The notes below the pieces were generated by a model. That model did not search any database and was not told the origin of the DNA. It saw only the letters and a list, made by a program, of their open reading frames with translations. DNA of 64,000 bases from Macrostomum lignano (taxonomy: Eukaryota). Positions 29,379-43,200 of the stretch are shown in pieces. A program made the translations under genes and the position numbers. Where the stretch lies: assembly GCA_002269645.1 (NCBI GenBank), contig NIVC01002305.1:121340-185339 (forward strand), given 5' to 3'. How positions within the stretch are numbered: position 1 is the first letter of the stretch; the number at the start of each line of letters is the position of its first letter.

Positions 29379-30625
29379 AGATTGGGGTCAGGATCTATGG
29401 GCTTGGGGTCAGGATCTATGGGCTTGGGGTCAGGATCTATGGGCTTGGGGTCAGGATCTATATGGGCTTGGGGTCAGGATCTATATGGGATTGGGGTCAG
29501 GATCTATGGGCTTGGGTCAGGATCTATATGGGCTTGGGGTCAGGATCTATATGGGATTGGGGTCAGGATCTATGGGCTTGGGGTCAGGATCTATGGGCTT
29601 GGGGTCAGGATCTATGGGCTTGGGGTCAGGATCTATGGGCTTGGGGTCAGGATCTATATGGGCTTGGGGTCAGGATCTATATGGGATTGGGGTCAGGATC
29701 TATGGGCTTGGGGTCAGGATCTATATGGGCTTGGGGTCAGGATCTATATGGGATTGGGGTCAGGATCTATGGGCTTGGGGTCAGGATCTATGGGCTTGGG
29801 GTCAGGATCTATGGGCTTGGGGTCAGGATCTATATGGGCTTGGGGTCAGGATCTATATGGGATTGGGGTCAGGATCTATGGGCTTGGGGTCAGGATCTAT
29901 ATGGGCTTGGGGTCAGGATCTATATGGGATTGGGGTCAGGATCTATGGGCTTGGGGTCAGGATCTATGGGCTTGGGGTCAGGATCTATGGGCTTGGGGTC
30001 AGGATCTATGGGCTTGGGGTCAGGATCTATATGGGCTTGGGGTCAGGATCTATGGGCTTGGGGTCAGGATCTATATGGGCTTGGGGTCAGGATCTATATG
30101 GGCTTGGGGTCAGGATCTATATGGGATTGGGGTCAGGATCTATGGGCTTGGGGTCAGGATCTATATGGGCTTGGGGTCAGGATCTATGGGCTTGGGGTCA
30201 GGATCTATATGGGCTTGGGGTCAGGATCTATATGGGATTGGGGTCAGGATCTATATGGCCTTGGGGTCAGGATCTATATGGCCTTGGGGTCAGGATCAAT
30301 ATGGGATTGGGGTCAGGATCTATGGGCTTGGGGTCAGGATCTATGGGCTTGGGGTCAGGATCTATGGGCTTGGGGTCAGGATCTATGGGCTTGGGGTCAG
30401 GATCTATGGGCTTGGGGTCAGGATCTATATGGGCTTGGGTCAGGATCTATATGGGCTTGGGGTCAGGATCTATATGGGCTTGGGGTCAGGATCTATATGG
30501 GATTGGGGTCAGGATCTATATGGCCTTGGGGTCAGGATCTATATGGCCTTGGGGTCAGGATCAATATGGGATTGGGGTCAGGATCTATGGGCTTGGGGTC
30601 AGGATCTATGGGCTTGGGGTCAGGT
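29379..30625 (+). repeat. 19/21-bp minisatellite GGGCTTGGGGTCAGGATCTAT(AT).
   Basis: About 60 copies. Shares GGGTCAGG with the array at 14200-14935. Confidence 0.97.
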
Positions 30626-30647
30626 CTTTGGGCACAGTTTGATTAAC

Positions 30648-30760
30648 ACTGAGGACCTGGGAGGCTGGCCCAGCAACTGAGGAACTGTGAGGGTGGCCCA
30701 GCAACTGAGGAACTGTGAGGCTGGCCCAGCAACTGAGGAACTGTGAGGGTGGCCCAGCAA
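30648..30760 (-). repeat. Short inverted copy of the 28-bp GCTGGGCCAGCCTCCCAG family.
   Basis: GGGAGGCTGGCCCAGCAACTGAGG. Confidence 0.85.
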
Positions 30761-31689
30761 CAGATAGTTAGTAACCTGGAATAACAATGTATGCCATTTA
30801 TCGCTAATAGTTTCAGTGCAGAAAGCAATGAAATCAAGTCAGCGATATCTGTTACAGGTGAGTTTTGTTGTACATGAAAATGACGCCAAAATACCTGCTG
30901 CACAGAGTTTTACTTATTGCTCAACAACACGGGTTTAAACAAATGGAGGCATTAAAAATGTTCATTGAGTTCATTGAGTTTGCGGTAAACATATTCAATA
31001 AATAAGCTAGCGCTAGGCGAGATTGCACCCACAAAAGTGCATTTGAGTAAGCAGCTGAAGCGATAATCAGTTTGATCAGGAATAAAAGTTCCTACAAAGA
31101 GGGTATAAATAAGTGCAATAAAACGACTGGAATGTGTTCGATTTGTTGGGGTCGCTTAGAAATTCTAGGCCAGGAATGTGCGCAGCATACTACTATTGTT
31201 AGTAAAAAGTAAAACAAATTGCACTCGCAGGAAAAATAATGAGCGAATGAAATTCGGTTAAAATTATCAAGCTGACAAAAAATGAAAAAAGAACAAAAAA
31301 ACAAAGCTGACTTCGGATGGAAAATTAGAAAATTGACTTGATTTTAAAAATCAGTTTAGCTTGCAGAAAGATTAACAAAAAGCATTTTGCACATTCAAAA
31401 TTGTGTTGTAATAAACAGGTTTTAGGTTCTATGAAATGTTATAAATAACTTAAATACAACAACAGAATATAAAAAAAGTTATAAATATGAATTATTCATA
31501 GGCATAAAAATATTGCACAATACACTTAAATGTACTATAATCCATGCAAAAAATGGAATCAATACAAACTTCTACACAGATTATTGCACAGTTAAAAAGT
31601 TTTGTTGCTAAAATTTTAGCAAAACTGATACAGCTTTTGTAGCACTTGAAATTCATTGTAATGACAGCACAACGTGACGGCTTGTGTAT

Positions 31690-33332
31690 CACCCCTGAAC
31701 CCTGAATTGTAATAAACTAATCTAACTGCTGAATAGTTGTTACAAACTGAATAGCTAATTACAACCATCGATCTACACCCTCAATAGTTTATTACAACCA
31801 TCAATCTACACCCTTAATAGTTTATTACACTCATAAATCTACACCCTGAATAGTTTATTACACTCATAAATCTACACCCTGAATAGTTTATTACACTCAT
31901 AAAGCTACACACTGAATAGTTTATTACAACCATCAATCTACACCCTGAATAGTTTATTACACTCATAAATCTACAACCTGAATAGTTTATTACACTCATA
32001 AATCTACACCCTGAATAGTTTATTACACTCATAAATCTACACCCTGAATAGTTTATTACACTCATAAAGCTACACACTGAATAGTTTATTACAACCATCA
32101 ATCTACACCCTGAATAGTTTATTACACTCATAAATCTACAACCTGAATAGTTTATTACACTCATAAATCTACACCCTGAATAGTTTATTACAATCATTAA
32201 TCTACACCCTGAATAGTTTATTACAATCATTAATCTACACCCTGAATAGTTTATTACAATCATTAATCTACACCCTGAATAGTTTATTACAATCATTAAT
32301 CTACACCCTGAATAGTTTATTACAATCATTAATCTACACCCTGAATAGTTTATTACAATCATTAATCTACACCCTGAATAGTTTATTACAATCATTAATC
32401 TACACCCTGAATAGTTTATTACAATCATCAATCTACACCCTTAATAGTTTATTACACTCATAAAGCTACACACTGAATAGTTTATTACAACCATCAATCT
32501 ACACCCTGAATAGTTTATTACACTCATAAAGCTACACACTGAATAGTTTATTACAACCATCAATCTACACCCTGAATAGTTTATTACACTCATAAATCTA
32601 CAACCTGAATAGTTTATTACACTCATACATCTACACCCTGAATAGTTTATTACACTCATAAATCTACACCCTGAATAGTTTATTACACTCATAAAGCTAC
32701 ACACTGAATAGTTTATTACAACCATCAATCTACACCCTGAATAGTTTATTACACTCATAAATCTACAACCTGAATAGTTTATTACAATCATAAATCTACA
32801 CCCTGAATAGTTTATTACAATCATAAAGCTACACCCTGAATTGTTTATTACAACCATCAATCTACACCCTGAATAGTTTATTAAAATCATTAATCTACAC
32901 CCTGAATAGTTTATTACAAACATTAATCTACACCCTGAATAGTTTATTACAATCATTAATCTACACCCTGAATAGTTTATTACAATCATTAATCTACACC
33001 CTGAAGTTTATTACACTCATAAATCTACAACCTGAATAGTTTATTACAATCATTAATCTACACCCTGAATAGTTTATTACAATCATAAAGCTACACCCTG
33101 AATTGTTTATTACAACCATCAATCTACACCCTGAATAGTTTATTAAAATCATTAATCTACACCCTGAATAGTTTATTACAATCATTAATCTACACCCTGA
33201 ATAGTTTATTAAAATCATTAATCTACACCCTGAATAGTTTATTACAATCATTAATCTACACCCTGAATAGTTTATTACAATCATTAATCTACACCCTGAA
33301 TAGTTTATTACAATCATAAATCTACACCCTGA
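31690..33332 (-). repeat. 33-bp minisatellite (minus strand ATTAATGATTGTAATAAACTATTCAGGGTGTAG) directly 3' of the claudin stop. Each unit carries AATAAA.
   Basis: About 46 copies plus degenerate distal copies. The first AATAAA is at 33309-33304. Confidence 0.95.
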
Positions 33333-33342
33333 ACAGAATCTT

Positions 33343-35147
33343 CTACACAGTGGTATCGCCGCCAAATTCTTCGTGCGCTTTCAAAGGTCGCGAGCTCGCG
33401 CCGTAGCCGCGATGCTCGCCGGCGTAGCGACGGAAGCCGCTGTCAACGCCGGCGCCGACGCTGGCATTGGCGGGCGCGGCACCGTGGCTCAGATGACTGG
33501 ACGCGGTGATTGACATCGGGAAATTGTACTGCTCATCGTCCAGCCTCACCGCGTCGGCCAGCTGCTGGCTGAACAGCACTATTATAGCGAAGCCGGTGAA
33601 GAAAGTGGCCAGGCAGGAGAGACCGAACGACCAGGATGGCCAGTTCAAGGATGGGATCGGCATCCAGTAGGGATCGTTGTGTTTGAATGCGAATATGATG
33701 TTGGCGATGATTAGACAGCAGACTGCGGGACAGGATTGACATGGATGAGCTGCTGGTAGACTTTTATTAGGTACATGGAGTACTTAGAAGGCTGGTGGGT
33801 GGCCCCAGAAACTGATTATCTGGGAGGCTGGCCCAGCAACTGATTATCTGAGAGGCTGGCCTAGCAACTGACACTCTGGAAGGCTGGCTCAGCAACTGAC
33901 ACTCTGGGAGGCTGGCCTAGCAACTGAGGATCTGGGAGGCTGGCCTAGCAACTGAGGATCTGGGAGGCTGGCCCAGCAACTGAGGATCTGGGAGGCTGGC
34001 CTAGCTACTGGGGATCTGGGAGGCTGGCCCAGCAACTGAGTATCTGGGAGAGTTTAGCAAAGAAAATCAGTAAGAAAAGGTGCAAGACTTACAGATAAAA
34101 ATGTTGATGTAGTACAGCACCCGAGACAGCAGGACCCTCTGCTGCACATGGGTGATGACATCGCAGGTGTAGACAAGCATTAGGATTACATTGGCCAGGC
34201 CAATTAGGAATGCCAAGGTTACAAACAACTGAATGAATCGAAACCAAGCTAAAAAGTGTTGCACAGGGAGTGGGTTCTTGTTTTTATGATTCAGAGCATT
34301 TGGAAGGCAAGATAAGGAGATATTATAAAATATTAACAAATCATTTTGGTATATTTATAAAAAATGTTAAAGTTATATACCATAAAGTATGGCTTTTCAA
34401 ATTTAGTTTACCTACATTTTATGAAAAAAATAATATAAAAGCAAAATAAGAAAACTATTAATAAGCTATGTTACTTGCAAATTATTTTCCGAATTGAAAA
34501 TATTTTGGAATTTTTTTATGACTTTTATCTAAGCACTTGTCTTATATTTTAGGTTTCAAGTTTTAAACACTAATAATAATAAGTTAATAATTGATGGAAA
34601 ATCCCAGTTTATATAGTTCAATTGTAATTAATTCAATTATTATACTATTTCAAATAGGCAATCAATCTGTGATTGAAAGGATTTTATTGGTAGGCAGATC
34701 TATAGTCAGGCATAACAATATGCATATACATATATCACATAAATTTATGGTACGGCATTGTACAGAACTTCTAAAAATTGTATTAACGGTCTCTTGTGCA
34801 TAAAAAAGGATTTTATTGCAGCAGAAACATTACTTACGAGGAGTTAGTACATTCCGAATAGGATCATAATATGGAGCGAATATCCACCAGCATCCATAAA
34901 ATGACTGCACATTTTCATCCCGTCTGTGTACATAGCCGTCCATGCAGAATTCCCATAGTCCGAGTTTATCAAATGGGGTGTGAATACGCGACCAAGAGAC
35001 GAGCCAGTAAGGAGAAACAAAAGAAATTAGAACTGAAATGAATGATACAATACTGAAAACTGTCGCAACAACCTTCTTTTGAAAAAATCTCCTTGACATC
35101 CTCGCGGACTTCCCATTTTGCTGTTGGTATGGCTGATACTGGTTCAT
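33343..35147 (-). CDS. Invertebrate claudin (PMP22/claudin superfamily; megatrachea/sinuous/kune-kune-like). Exons 35147-34838, 34248-34093, 33722-33343. 281 aa.
   Basis: The claudin ECL1 signature is present: SPYWLVSW...KLGLWEFC...GCWW. There are four hydrophobic segments and the WMPIPSLNWPSWSFGL motif typical of insect septate-junction claudins. GT-AG introns are both phase 1 and sum to 846 nt. The C-terminus DTTV* fits a class I PDZ-binding motif. Confidence 0.9.
33800..34052 (-). repeat. Inverted copy of the 28-bp family in claudin intron 2.
   Basis: AACTGAGGATCTGGGAGGCTGGCC(C/T)AGC, about 8 copies. Confidence 0.9.
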
Positions 35148-37499
35148 TATGGCAACAAAACAAAAGACCAGACGACTATTTTAAAAATCAAGAGCTGAAA
35201 GAGACTGTAATTTCTACTTTCAGCTCCTGGCCGCTGGCCTGACTTTGTCTCTGTACCTGGTCTCGGTCAAGGTACAAATCCAGGAAATTTTTTTATTTTG
35301 AAATTGTGCGCGCGTCAATAGTGTGCCTAGTATATCAAAAATAAAAAAAAGTTATACGTTAAACTATTATTACAACGTGATGAAATTTATTTTCCGACGC
35401 TACATTCGTAATATACCTAGTATAATAGTAAAACTAAAGATTTTTTTATTTGCGGTATATGAAAATGAAAATACAAGAATACTACGAGTTTTCGCGTGAT
35501 CTCATCCGTCTCAATGTACTCGCAAGTGACTTGACTTCGCTCAAAAGCGATTTTATCGATTTTAGGTTCGTTTTTACAAACTTTAAATAGTGCTATGAGG
35601 ATTGTTTTTTCGCATTTAATACTATATAGTACGCCTTTATTGATTTTTCAAAAGTTTATTATTTGAAACAATATATTGATACCATGCATAAACGCAAAAA
35701 GTGTCAAAAACATGCATTAATTTATAAGCTTATAACCAAACCAGAAAATCAAACCAGAAAATATATATTTCATTTGCAAATATTCGCGTGATATATCAGC
35801 TTTGATAGATGATCTATGATCGATCTATCATCTATCAGCTTTATTTCAGCTTTTTAGGTTCGTTCTAGTGATAGCGATTCGATCTTGAATTTATTAAATG
35901 TCAGTATGCAATTACATGTACATGTATATCTTCTTATCAATACCACAACATTTTTTTCATATAGTTGGCATTATGTGCATTTGATCTAAAGCCTAGAGTT
36001 CTGAGTTGCAAAAAGTGAATAGACAATTCGATTTTATATGCGTTTTAATTGTAGTCAGTTCGAATGGACACGGAGCTAAATTAAAAAATTGCATGACCAT
36101 GCATTCAATTATCGTCGGCCGATCGCGTATGTAGGCACTGCGCACTGCGCACTCCAAAGTCAGCCTCTATAACAGGATTAGTCCCTGGTTTATTTGGAAA
36201 GATCGAGGGCAATAATAATAACTACTGGCATACTGATAATACATTAGCAACAGGGATAAAAATTGAAGGAGTTGGCCTTTTTTATTCAATTTCTGATCAT
36301 ACATTTACATGTAGGTAGAATTCTCAGGCATTCGATTGGATATCGAATTATTCGGCAAATTGCCAAAATCCCAATGGGAGTGGCACGATAGTGAGTGTAT
36401 AGCTGGGCAAATTGCCACGATCCATCTGCTAGTAGGGGCTAATTGTTGCATGATTTGTGTCTCATTTTAGCTTAACTCTGTACTCATTCTAAGTACATAA
36501 CTGCTATATTTTTTATTATGATCAACTGTGAATCTACATGTAGTTGCATGGGTGAATAATGCGAATTTAATGGTACAAAAGTGTGATGGTGCTCACTATC
36601 TAATCAAATAATTATAAAAGTTACCAAATAAACAAATACAAGTTAAAAATAAAAAATCTAACCAAAACCATAAGCAAATTTGACGCTATTCATTACTATT
36701 CGCGACTTGTCTGCTCGTTGGTCGATAAACATGTACGAGCAAATAGTCTATGGCAAAACTTGTTTAATTTAGTGTACACTCGTATAATGGCAGCTAGCTT
36801 CTCTAACTCGCTAATGGACGAGCACTTTGAAGCCAAATGAAAGATCATTATTTAGTAAACAATGATTGCGTGTTAAATAATTCCTGTGCACTTTTTGAGT
36901 CCTATAGATACTTTCAGAAGAAGTAAAGCTGAGCACTATTTTGAGGTCGGTATTAAACTGTTAAGTAAGTAATTAGATATTAGGATGAAAAAAGAATACA
37001 TTAGTATCAATGGAACGCAATGTAATGCGCAATTCAGGACTATAATACTCCATAATAACGCGCAGTTTGAGAATAGAAGACTGTATGAGGTTGTGCTCAT
37101 AAGCCTATACGATCCCGCAACACCATGCAATCTTCTTTTGGTATCCAGGAAGTAGCGGGTGATTCTCAGCTGCTTCCAATAAAACCGCTTCATAGCCTTA
37201 CCTGTACAGCTTAGCCGCACACGTCCCCTTTACAATGCGTTCCCATTTCGTTCTCATTTTAGGAGAACTAAGATTTATGATAGGATTCAGTACTCAAAAG
37301 CATCACATTGGCTAGGTTAAATCCGAGGGCTCACTCATGGATTATATAATTAAAGTTGAGGAAAAAATGTCTAACCCTGAGGTCGTTGTCTTGGAAAGGG
37401 TTTTCCCATGAAACTAATAGTTTAGATAAACATGTTGTGACTTGGTTGTGGTATGAGATAAATACACTGTGAAACGGGCGGGCTGAATGGGCAGGGTTG

Positions 37500-37800
37500 T
37501 GGCGTGAGGTGGCGGCATAGCGGGGTAGCGAATTTAATTAGAATAAAAAGGCTGGATAAGGAGGCTTGCGGCCTGAGGTGGCTGCCTGGCGGGGTAGAGA
37601 GTGTAATTAGAATAGAAAGGCTGGATAAGGAGGCTTGCGGCGTGAGGTGGCTGCCTGGCGGGGTAGCGAATTTAATTAAAATAGACAAGGAGGGTTGTGA
37701 CGTGAGGTGGCTGTCTTGGCGGGGTAGCGAATTTAATTAAAATAGACAAGGAAGGTCGTGGCGCGAGGTGGCTGCCTGGCAGGGTAGACAATTTATAGAA
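37500..37800 (+). repeat. About 60-70-bp tandem repeat GCGTGAGGTGGCTGCCTGGCGGGGTAG...
   Basis: About 5 degenerate copies. Confidence 0.8.
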
Positions 37801-38679
37801 TGGACAAGCTGGATGTGAGGTGGGTGTCCTGAAATGAATGGAGGCAGAATATACAGAATCAAAGGACACAGAATTTGGCACTACATATTTTTCTATATCT
37901 CAGTTGTCTAGCTTGATTCGCGCTACAAGTCACTAAAAGCAGCTCAGGAAACAGAAAAATTACAATACGGAACAGGTAAATCACAGCAATAAGCGAACCT
38001 TCCATTGTTTCTTACATCAAAAGGGGATGCTTTTGAGTCCGCACGGGTAAATTGATTGCAGCTTAAAAATAGATTAAGTCTAGATATAGATGGAATATGG
38101 ATTCAGGTAATTATTTAGCGCAGCGACTGTTACATGCATGAAATCACAGTGCCTTGCTGGTAGACCCGCAGCCAAGGATAAAAAAGCAATTTTTTGACTG
38201 CATTTTTTTCGACTGTCAAAAACGTTTCCTCCTCTGAAGGCCTGATCAGCAACAAAGGTCGGCTGGCAATTTGAGATTGAATGAGAGAGATAGGCAGGGA
38301 GCAAGGCAGATCAGTTGAGCCCTGAGCAGAATGAAGAGAGTACTGTATACCGTAGATGCCGACGAATGCACAAGGGTTATGGGTGATGGGATCTGCTCCA
38401 TGCGCTGCGATTGGATGAATTCTATAGCTATATAACTTGGGATTTTTACCTGCAATTTGCTGAGGCTTCCATAGGCGTATTGCAGAAATAAACCAACGTT
38501 TAATTTTCAACCATTCGGCTTCTGAAGTGAATTTGAGATATTTCAAGCCAGGGGTAAGTAGTGTCGTTTTTTCGACAATATTGATACTGCTGATATGAAT
38601 TACTATTTCAGATAAAATTAAATGATCTGGGTTAGACTGACAGACGCGGAGTAGGTCAGGGTGTGATAAGGAGAGTCCC

Positions 38680-40910
38680 ACTGTGAGAGAAGGAGGGACT
38701 GTGAGATAAGGAGAGTTACACTGTGAGATAGGAGAGTTACACTGTGAGATAGGAGAGTTACACTGTGAGAAAGGAGAGTTACACTGTGAGATAGGAGAGT
38801 TACACTGTGAGATAGGAGAGTTACACTGTGAGATAAGGATAGTTACACTGTGAGATAAGGAGAGTTACACTGTGAGATAAGGAGAGTTACACTGTGAGAT
38901 AAGAATAGTTACACTGTGAGATAAGGATAGTTACACTGTGAGATAAGGATAGTTACACTGTGAGATAAGGAGAGTTACACTGTGAGATAGGAGAGTTACA
39001 CTGTGAGATAGGAGAGTTACACTGTGAGATAGGAGAGTTACACTGTGAGATAAGAATAGTTACACTGTGAGATAAGGATAGTTACACTGTGAGATAAGGA
39101 GAGTTACACTGTGAGATAAGGAGAGTTACACTGTGAGATAAGGAGAGTTACACTGTGAGATAGGAGAGTTACACTGTGAGATAAGGAGAGTTACACTGTG
39201 AGATAAGAATAGTTACACTGTGAGATAAGAATAGTTACACTGTGAGATAAGGATAGTTACACTGTGAGATAGGAGAGTTACACTGTGAGATAAGGAGAGT
39301 TACACTGTGAGATAAGGATAGTTACACTGTGAGATAAGGAGAGTTACACTGTGAGATAGGAGAGTTACACTGTGAGATAGGAGAGTTACACTGTGAGATA
39401 GGAGAGTTACACTGTGAGATAAGGAGAGTTACACTGTGAGATAAGAATAGTTACACTGTGAGATAAGGAGAGTTACACTGTGAGATAGGAGAGTTACACT
39501 GTGAGATAAGGAGAGTTACACTGTGAGATAAGGAGAGTTACACTGTTAGATAAGGATAGTTACACTGTGAGATAAGGAGAGTTACACTGTGAGATAGGAG
39601 AGTTACACTGTGAGATAGGAGAGTTACACTGTGAGATAAGGAGAGTTACACTGTGAGATAGGAGAGTTACACTGTGAGATAAGGAGAGTTACACTGTGAG
39701 ATAAGGATAGTTACACTGTGAGATAAGGATAGTTACACTGTGAGATAAGGAGAGTTACACCGTGAGATAGGAGAGTTACACTGTGAGATAAGGAGAGTTA
39801 CACTGTGAGATAAGGATAGTTACACTGTGAGATAAGGAGGGTTACACTGTGAGATAGGAGAGTTACACTGTGAGATAAGGAGAGTTACACTGTGAGATAA
39901 GGATAGTTACACTGTGAGATAAGGAGAGTTACACTGTGAGATAGGAGAGTTACACTGTGAGATAGGAGAGTTACACTGTGAGATAGGAGAGTTACACTGT
40001 GAGATAAGGAGAGTTACACTGTGAGATAAGAATAGTTACACTGTGAGATAAGGAGAGTTACACTGTGAGATAGGAGAGTTACACTGTGAGATAAGGAGAG
40101 TTACACTGTGAGATAAGGAGAGTTACACTGTGAGATAAGGATAGTTACACTGTGAGATAAGGAGAGTTACACTGTGAGATAAGGATAGTTACACTGTGAG
40201 ATAAGGAGAGTTACACTGTGAGATAGGAGAGTTACACTGTGAGATAAGGAGAGTTACACTGTGAGATTGGAGAGTTACACTGTGAGATAAGGAGAGTTAC
40301 ACTGTGAGATAAGGAGAGTTACACTGTGAGATAAGGATAGTTACACTGTGAGATAAGGAGAGTTACACTGTGAGATAGGAGAGTTACACTGTGAGATAAG
40401 GAGAGTTACACTGTGAGATAGGAGAGTTACACTGTGAGATAAGGAGAGTCAGACTGGGAGAGAAGGAGAATCGGACAGAGAAGGAGAGTCAGACTGTGAG
40501 AGAAGGAGAGTCAGACTGTGAGAGAAGGAGAGTCAGACTGTGAGAGAAAGAGAGTCAGACTGTGAGAGAAAGAGAGTCAGACTGTGAGAGAAAGAGAGTC
40601 AGATTGTGAAATAAAGAGAGTCAGACTGTGAGAGAAAGAGAGTCAGATTGTGAAATAAAGAGAGTCAGACTGTGAGAGAAGAAGAGTCAGATTGTGAAAT
40701 AAAGAGAGTCAGACTGTGAGAGAAAGAGAGTCAGATTGTGAAATAAAGAGAGTCAGACTGTGAGAGAAAGAGAGTCAGATTGTGAAATAAAGAGAGTCAG
40801 ACTGTGAGAGAAAGAGAGTCAGATTGTGAAATAAAGAGAGTCAGACTGTGAGAGAAAGAGAGTCAGATTGTGAAATAAAGAGAGTCAGACTGTGAGAGAA
40901 GGAGAGTCAC
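38680..40910 (+). repeat. 21/22-bp minisatellite ACTGTGAGATA(A)GGAGAGTTAC (38680-40440) grading into AGAGAGTCAGACTGTGAGAGA (40440-40910).
   Basis: The longest array in the window, about 100 copies. Confidence 0.97.
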
Positions 40911-41469
40911 ACCCTGTCAGGCCTGACGGGGCCCCACTACAAGTTTGCTCACACTCCAAAAGAAAACCGAAAGCGCGCACAGAGTGGGTGATGGGAATGA
41001 GTTAAGGGTGCCTGAACTCAGCCTCCTCCTATCCCCCGTGTGTGCCCGCATAAATTATTAATGTTAGTCGTATAGCGATTACTTACAAACCCTCACTTCC
41101 CCCGTATGGATTAATGTCCCGTGAAATTTCCTTCTCCGCTCCCGTATTTATCCTCCCCCTTCCAGCCCGCATGAGATTAGCAATGCTTCTAGACAATTAT
41201 AAGGCCAGGAAAGCAGAGTGCAGTTGTCTTTAAACCCGAGTGTTTACATGTTTTTCTTGAAGCGTGAAAATGCTCCGCCTAACAACTAGCGACTCTCAAT
41301 TAATGGCTTTCCTAGTTAACTGCATCTCGACCTGATGCAACTTTTTTCTAGTTTTCAGACGCCTTTTCAGATGGGCTCCTTGCCGTCCCTAGCCCTGCTC
41401 ATATTCCTTCTCGTCAGGAAAGTGACATTCTTGCCTCTCAATTTTCACTTAGTTTTCTCTTTTACACTC

Positions 41470-42240
41470 TTCTGTCACTCTCTTCTGTCACTCTCTTCTG
41501 TCACTCTCTTCTGTCACTCTTGTTTCCCTCTCTCAAGTTTCTGTCTAATTCTTTGTGTCGCTCTCTTCACTGTCACTCTCTTCACTGTCACTCTCTTCAC
41601 TGTCACTCGCTTCACTGTCACTCGCTTCACTGTCACTCTCTTCACTGTCACTCTCTTCTGTCACTCTCAAGTTTCTGTCTTATTCTTTGTGTCGCTCTAT
41701 TTACTGCCCCTCTCTTCATTGTCACTCTCTTCACTGTCACTCTCTTCACTGTCACTCTCTTCACTGTCACTCTCTTCACTGTCACTCTCTTCACTGTCAC
41801 TCTCTTCACTGTCACTCTCTTCACTGTCACTCTCTTCACTGTCACTCTCTTCACTGTCACTCTCTTCACTGTCACTCTCTTTACTGTCACTCTCTTTACT
41901 GTCACTCTCTTCACTGTCACTCTCTTCACTATCACTCTCTTCACCGTCACTCTCTTCACTTTCATTCTCTACACTGTCACTCTCTTCACTGTCACTCGCT
42001 TCACTATCACTCTCTTTACCGTGACTCTCTTCTCTGTCACTCTCTACACTGTCACTCTCTTCACTGTCACTCTCTTCACTGTCACTCGCTTCACTGTCAC
42101 TCTCATTACTGTCACTCTCTTCACTGTCACTCGCTTCACTGTCACTCTCTTCACTGTCACTCGCTTCACTGTCACTCGCTTCACTGTCACTCTCTTTACT
42201 TTCACTCTCTTCACTGTCACCCTATTATCTGTCACTCCAT
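41470..42240 (+). repeat. 15-bp minisatellite CACTGTCACTCTCTT.
   Basis: Two blocks separated by a duplicated spacer CAAGTTTCTGTCT.ATTCTTTGTGTCGCTCT. Confidence 0.95.
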
Positions 42241-42631
42241 TCTGCCACTCTCTATTCAATCACTTTCCCCTTATTTTGCTATCTTCTCTTTCATCAGCCT
42301 CCCATATCTCCCATTTCCAATTCCCTATGCAGTTCTATTATCCTCATGCACTCCTGCCTTCACTCCTCATCCCCTCACCCACTCTCCCAGCCTCCCAACC
42401 ATAGTATTGTCAGTCAAGCCCTTTGTTATCCTTACCCATACGCAAAGCCGGTCTAAGCCAGTCGCTGCCTCAGGACATGGATGCTTAAGGCTGCGCACTC
42501 AGCGCTCCCCACTATTCTAGCTCAGACAGGGGGGGGGTTAAAATCTGAGACTACGAGACTATCAGCTTCGGCCTTGGCTCTGTTATGCGTAGTTTTTGAT
42601 ACGTTAATAAATTATTAATTGCTGGCCAACT

Positions 42632-42668
<37 letters not shown>

Positions 42669-42959
42669 ACGGTTATTTCTGTCTCCTATTCTTACACCGT
42701 TGAGAGTACTGAGCTCCTACAGAAGTATATGGCTTGACTCTGGCATGCGCGAATAGCGTAAAACTATAGAAAATTGTATATTACTTTTAATTGATTGTAA
42801 AATTCACTAGAATGTGTTAAATGCCGTTACTTAAAATGATAAATGATTTTCTTAAAGAACAATTGATTTATAAACAATCAAAAGACAATGGAAAGTTAAG
42901 AGAATGAAGAATTTAGGAAAATTTAGGGAATGAGGTATTTATAGAATTTATGGAGTAGG

Positions 42960-43200
42960 AAATTTAGAGGATGGAGATTTAGGGGATGGGGAATTTAGGG
43001 AATAGGGGATTTAGGGGATGGAATTTAGGGGATGGGAATTAGGGGATGGGGATTTATGGGATGGGGAATTTAAAGGATGGGGATTTAGGGGATGGGGATT
43101 TAGGGGATGGGAATTTAGGGAATAGGCGATTTGGGGATAGTGGAATTTAAGGTAGGGAAAATTTACATGTAAGGATTGGGGAATTCAGGGATTGGGGAAT
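42960..43200 (+). repeat. Degenerate TTAGGGGATGGG(G)AAT repeat.
   Basis: Directly visible. Confidence 0.8.

Noticed and set aside
38330-38370. GIYGI motif suggesting a GIY-YIG endonuclease in the 183-aa ORF.
   Set aside because: No YIG/YVG at the expected spacing and no downstream conserved Arg/Glu/Asn pattern.
42400-42560. G-run at about 42529-42538 as an LTR polypurine tract.
   Set aside because: No TG...CA LTR pair, primer-binding site or gag/pol sequence was found nearby.
42960-43200. TTAGGG-containing stretches as interstitial telomere (also about 57583-57650).
   Set aside because: TTAGGG is only part of a longer degenerate unit and is not tandemly repeated.
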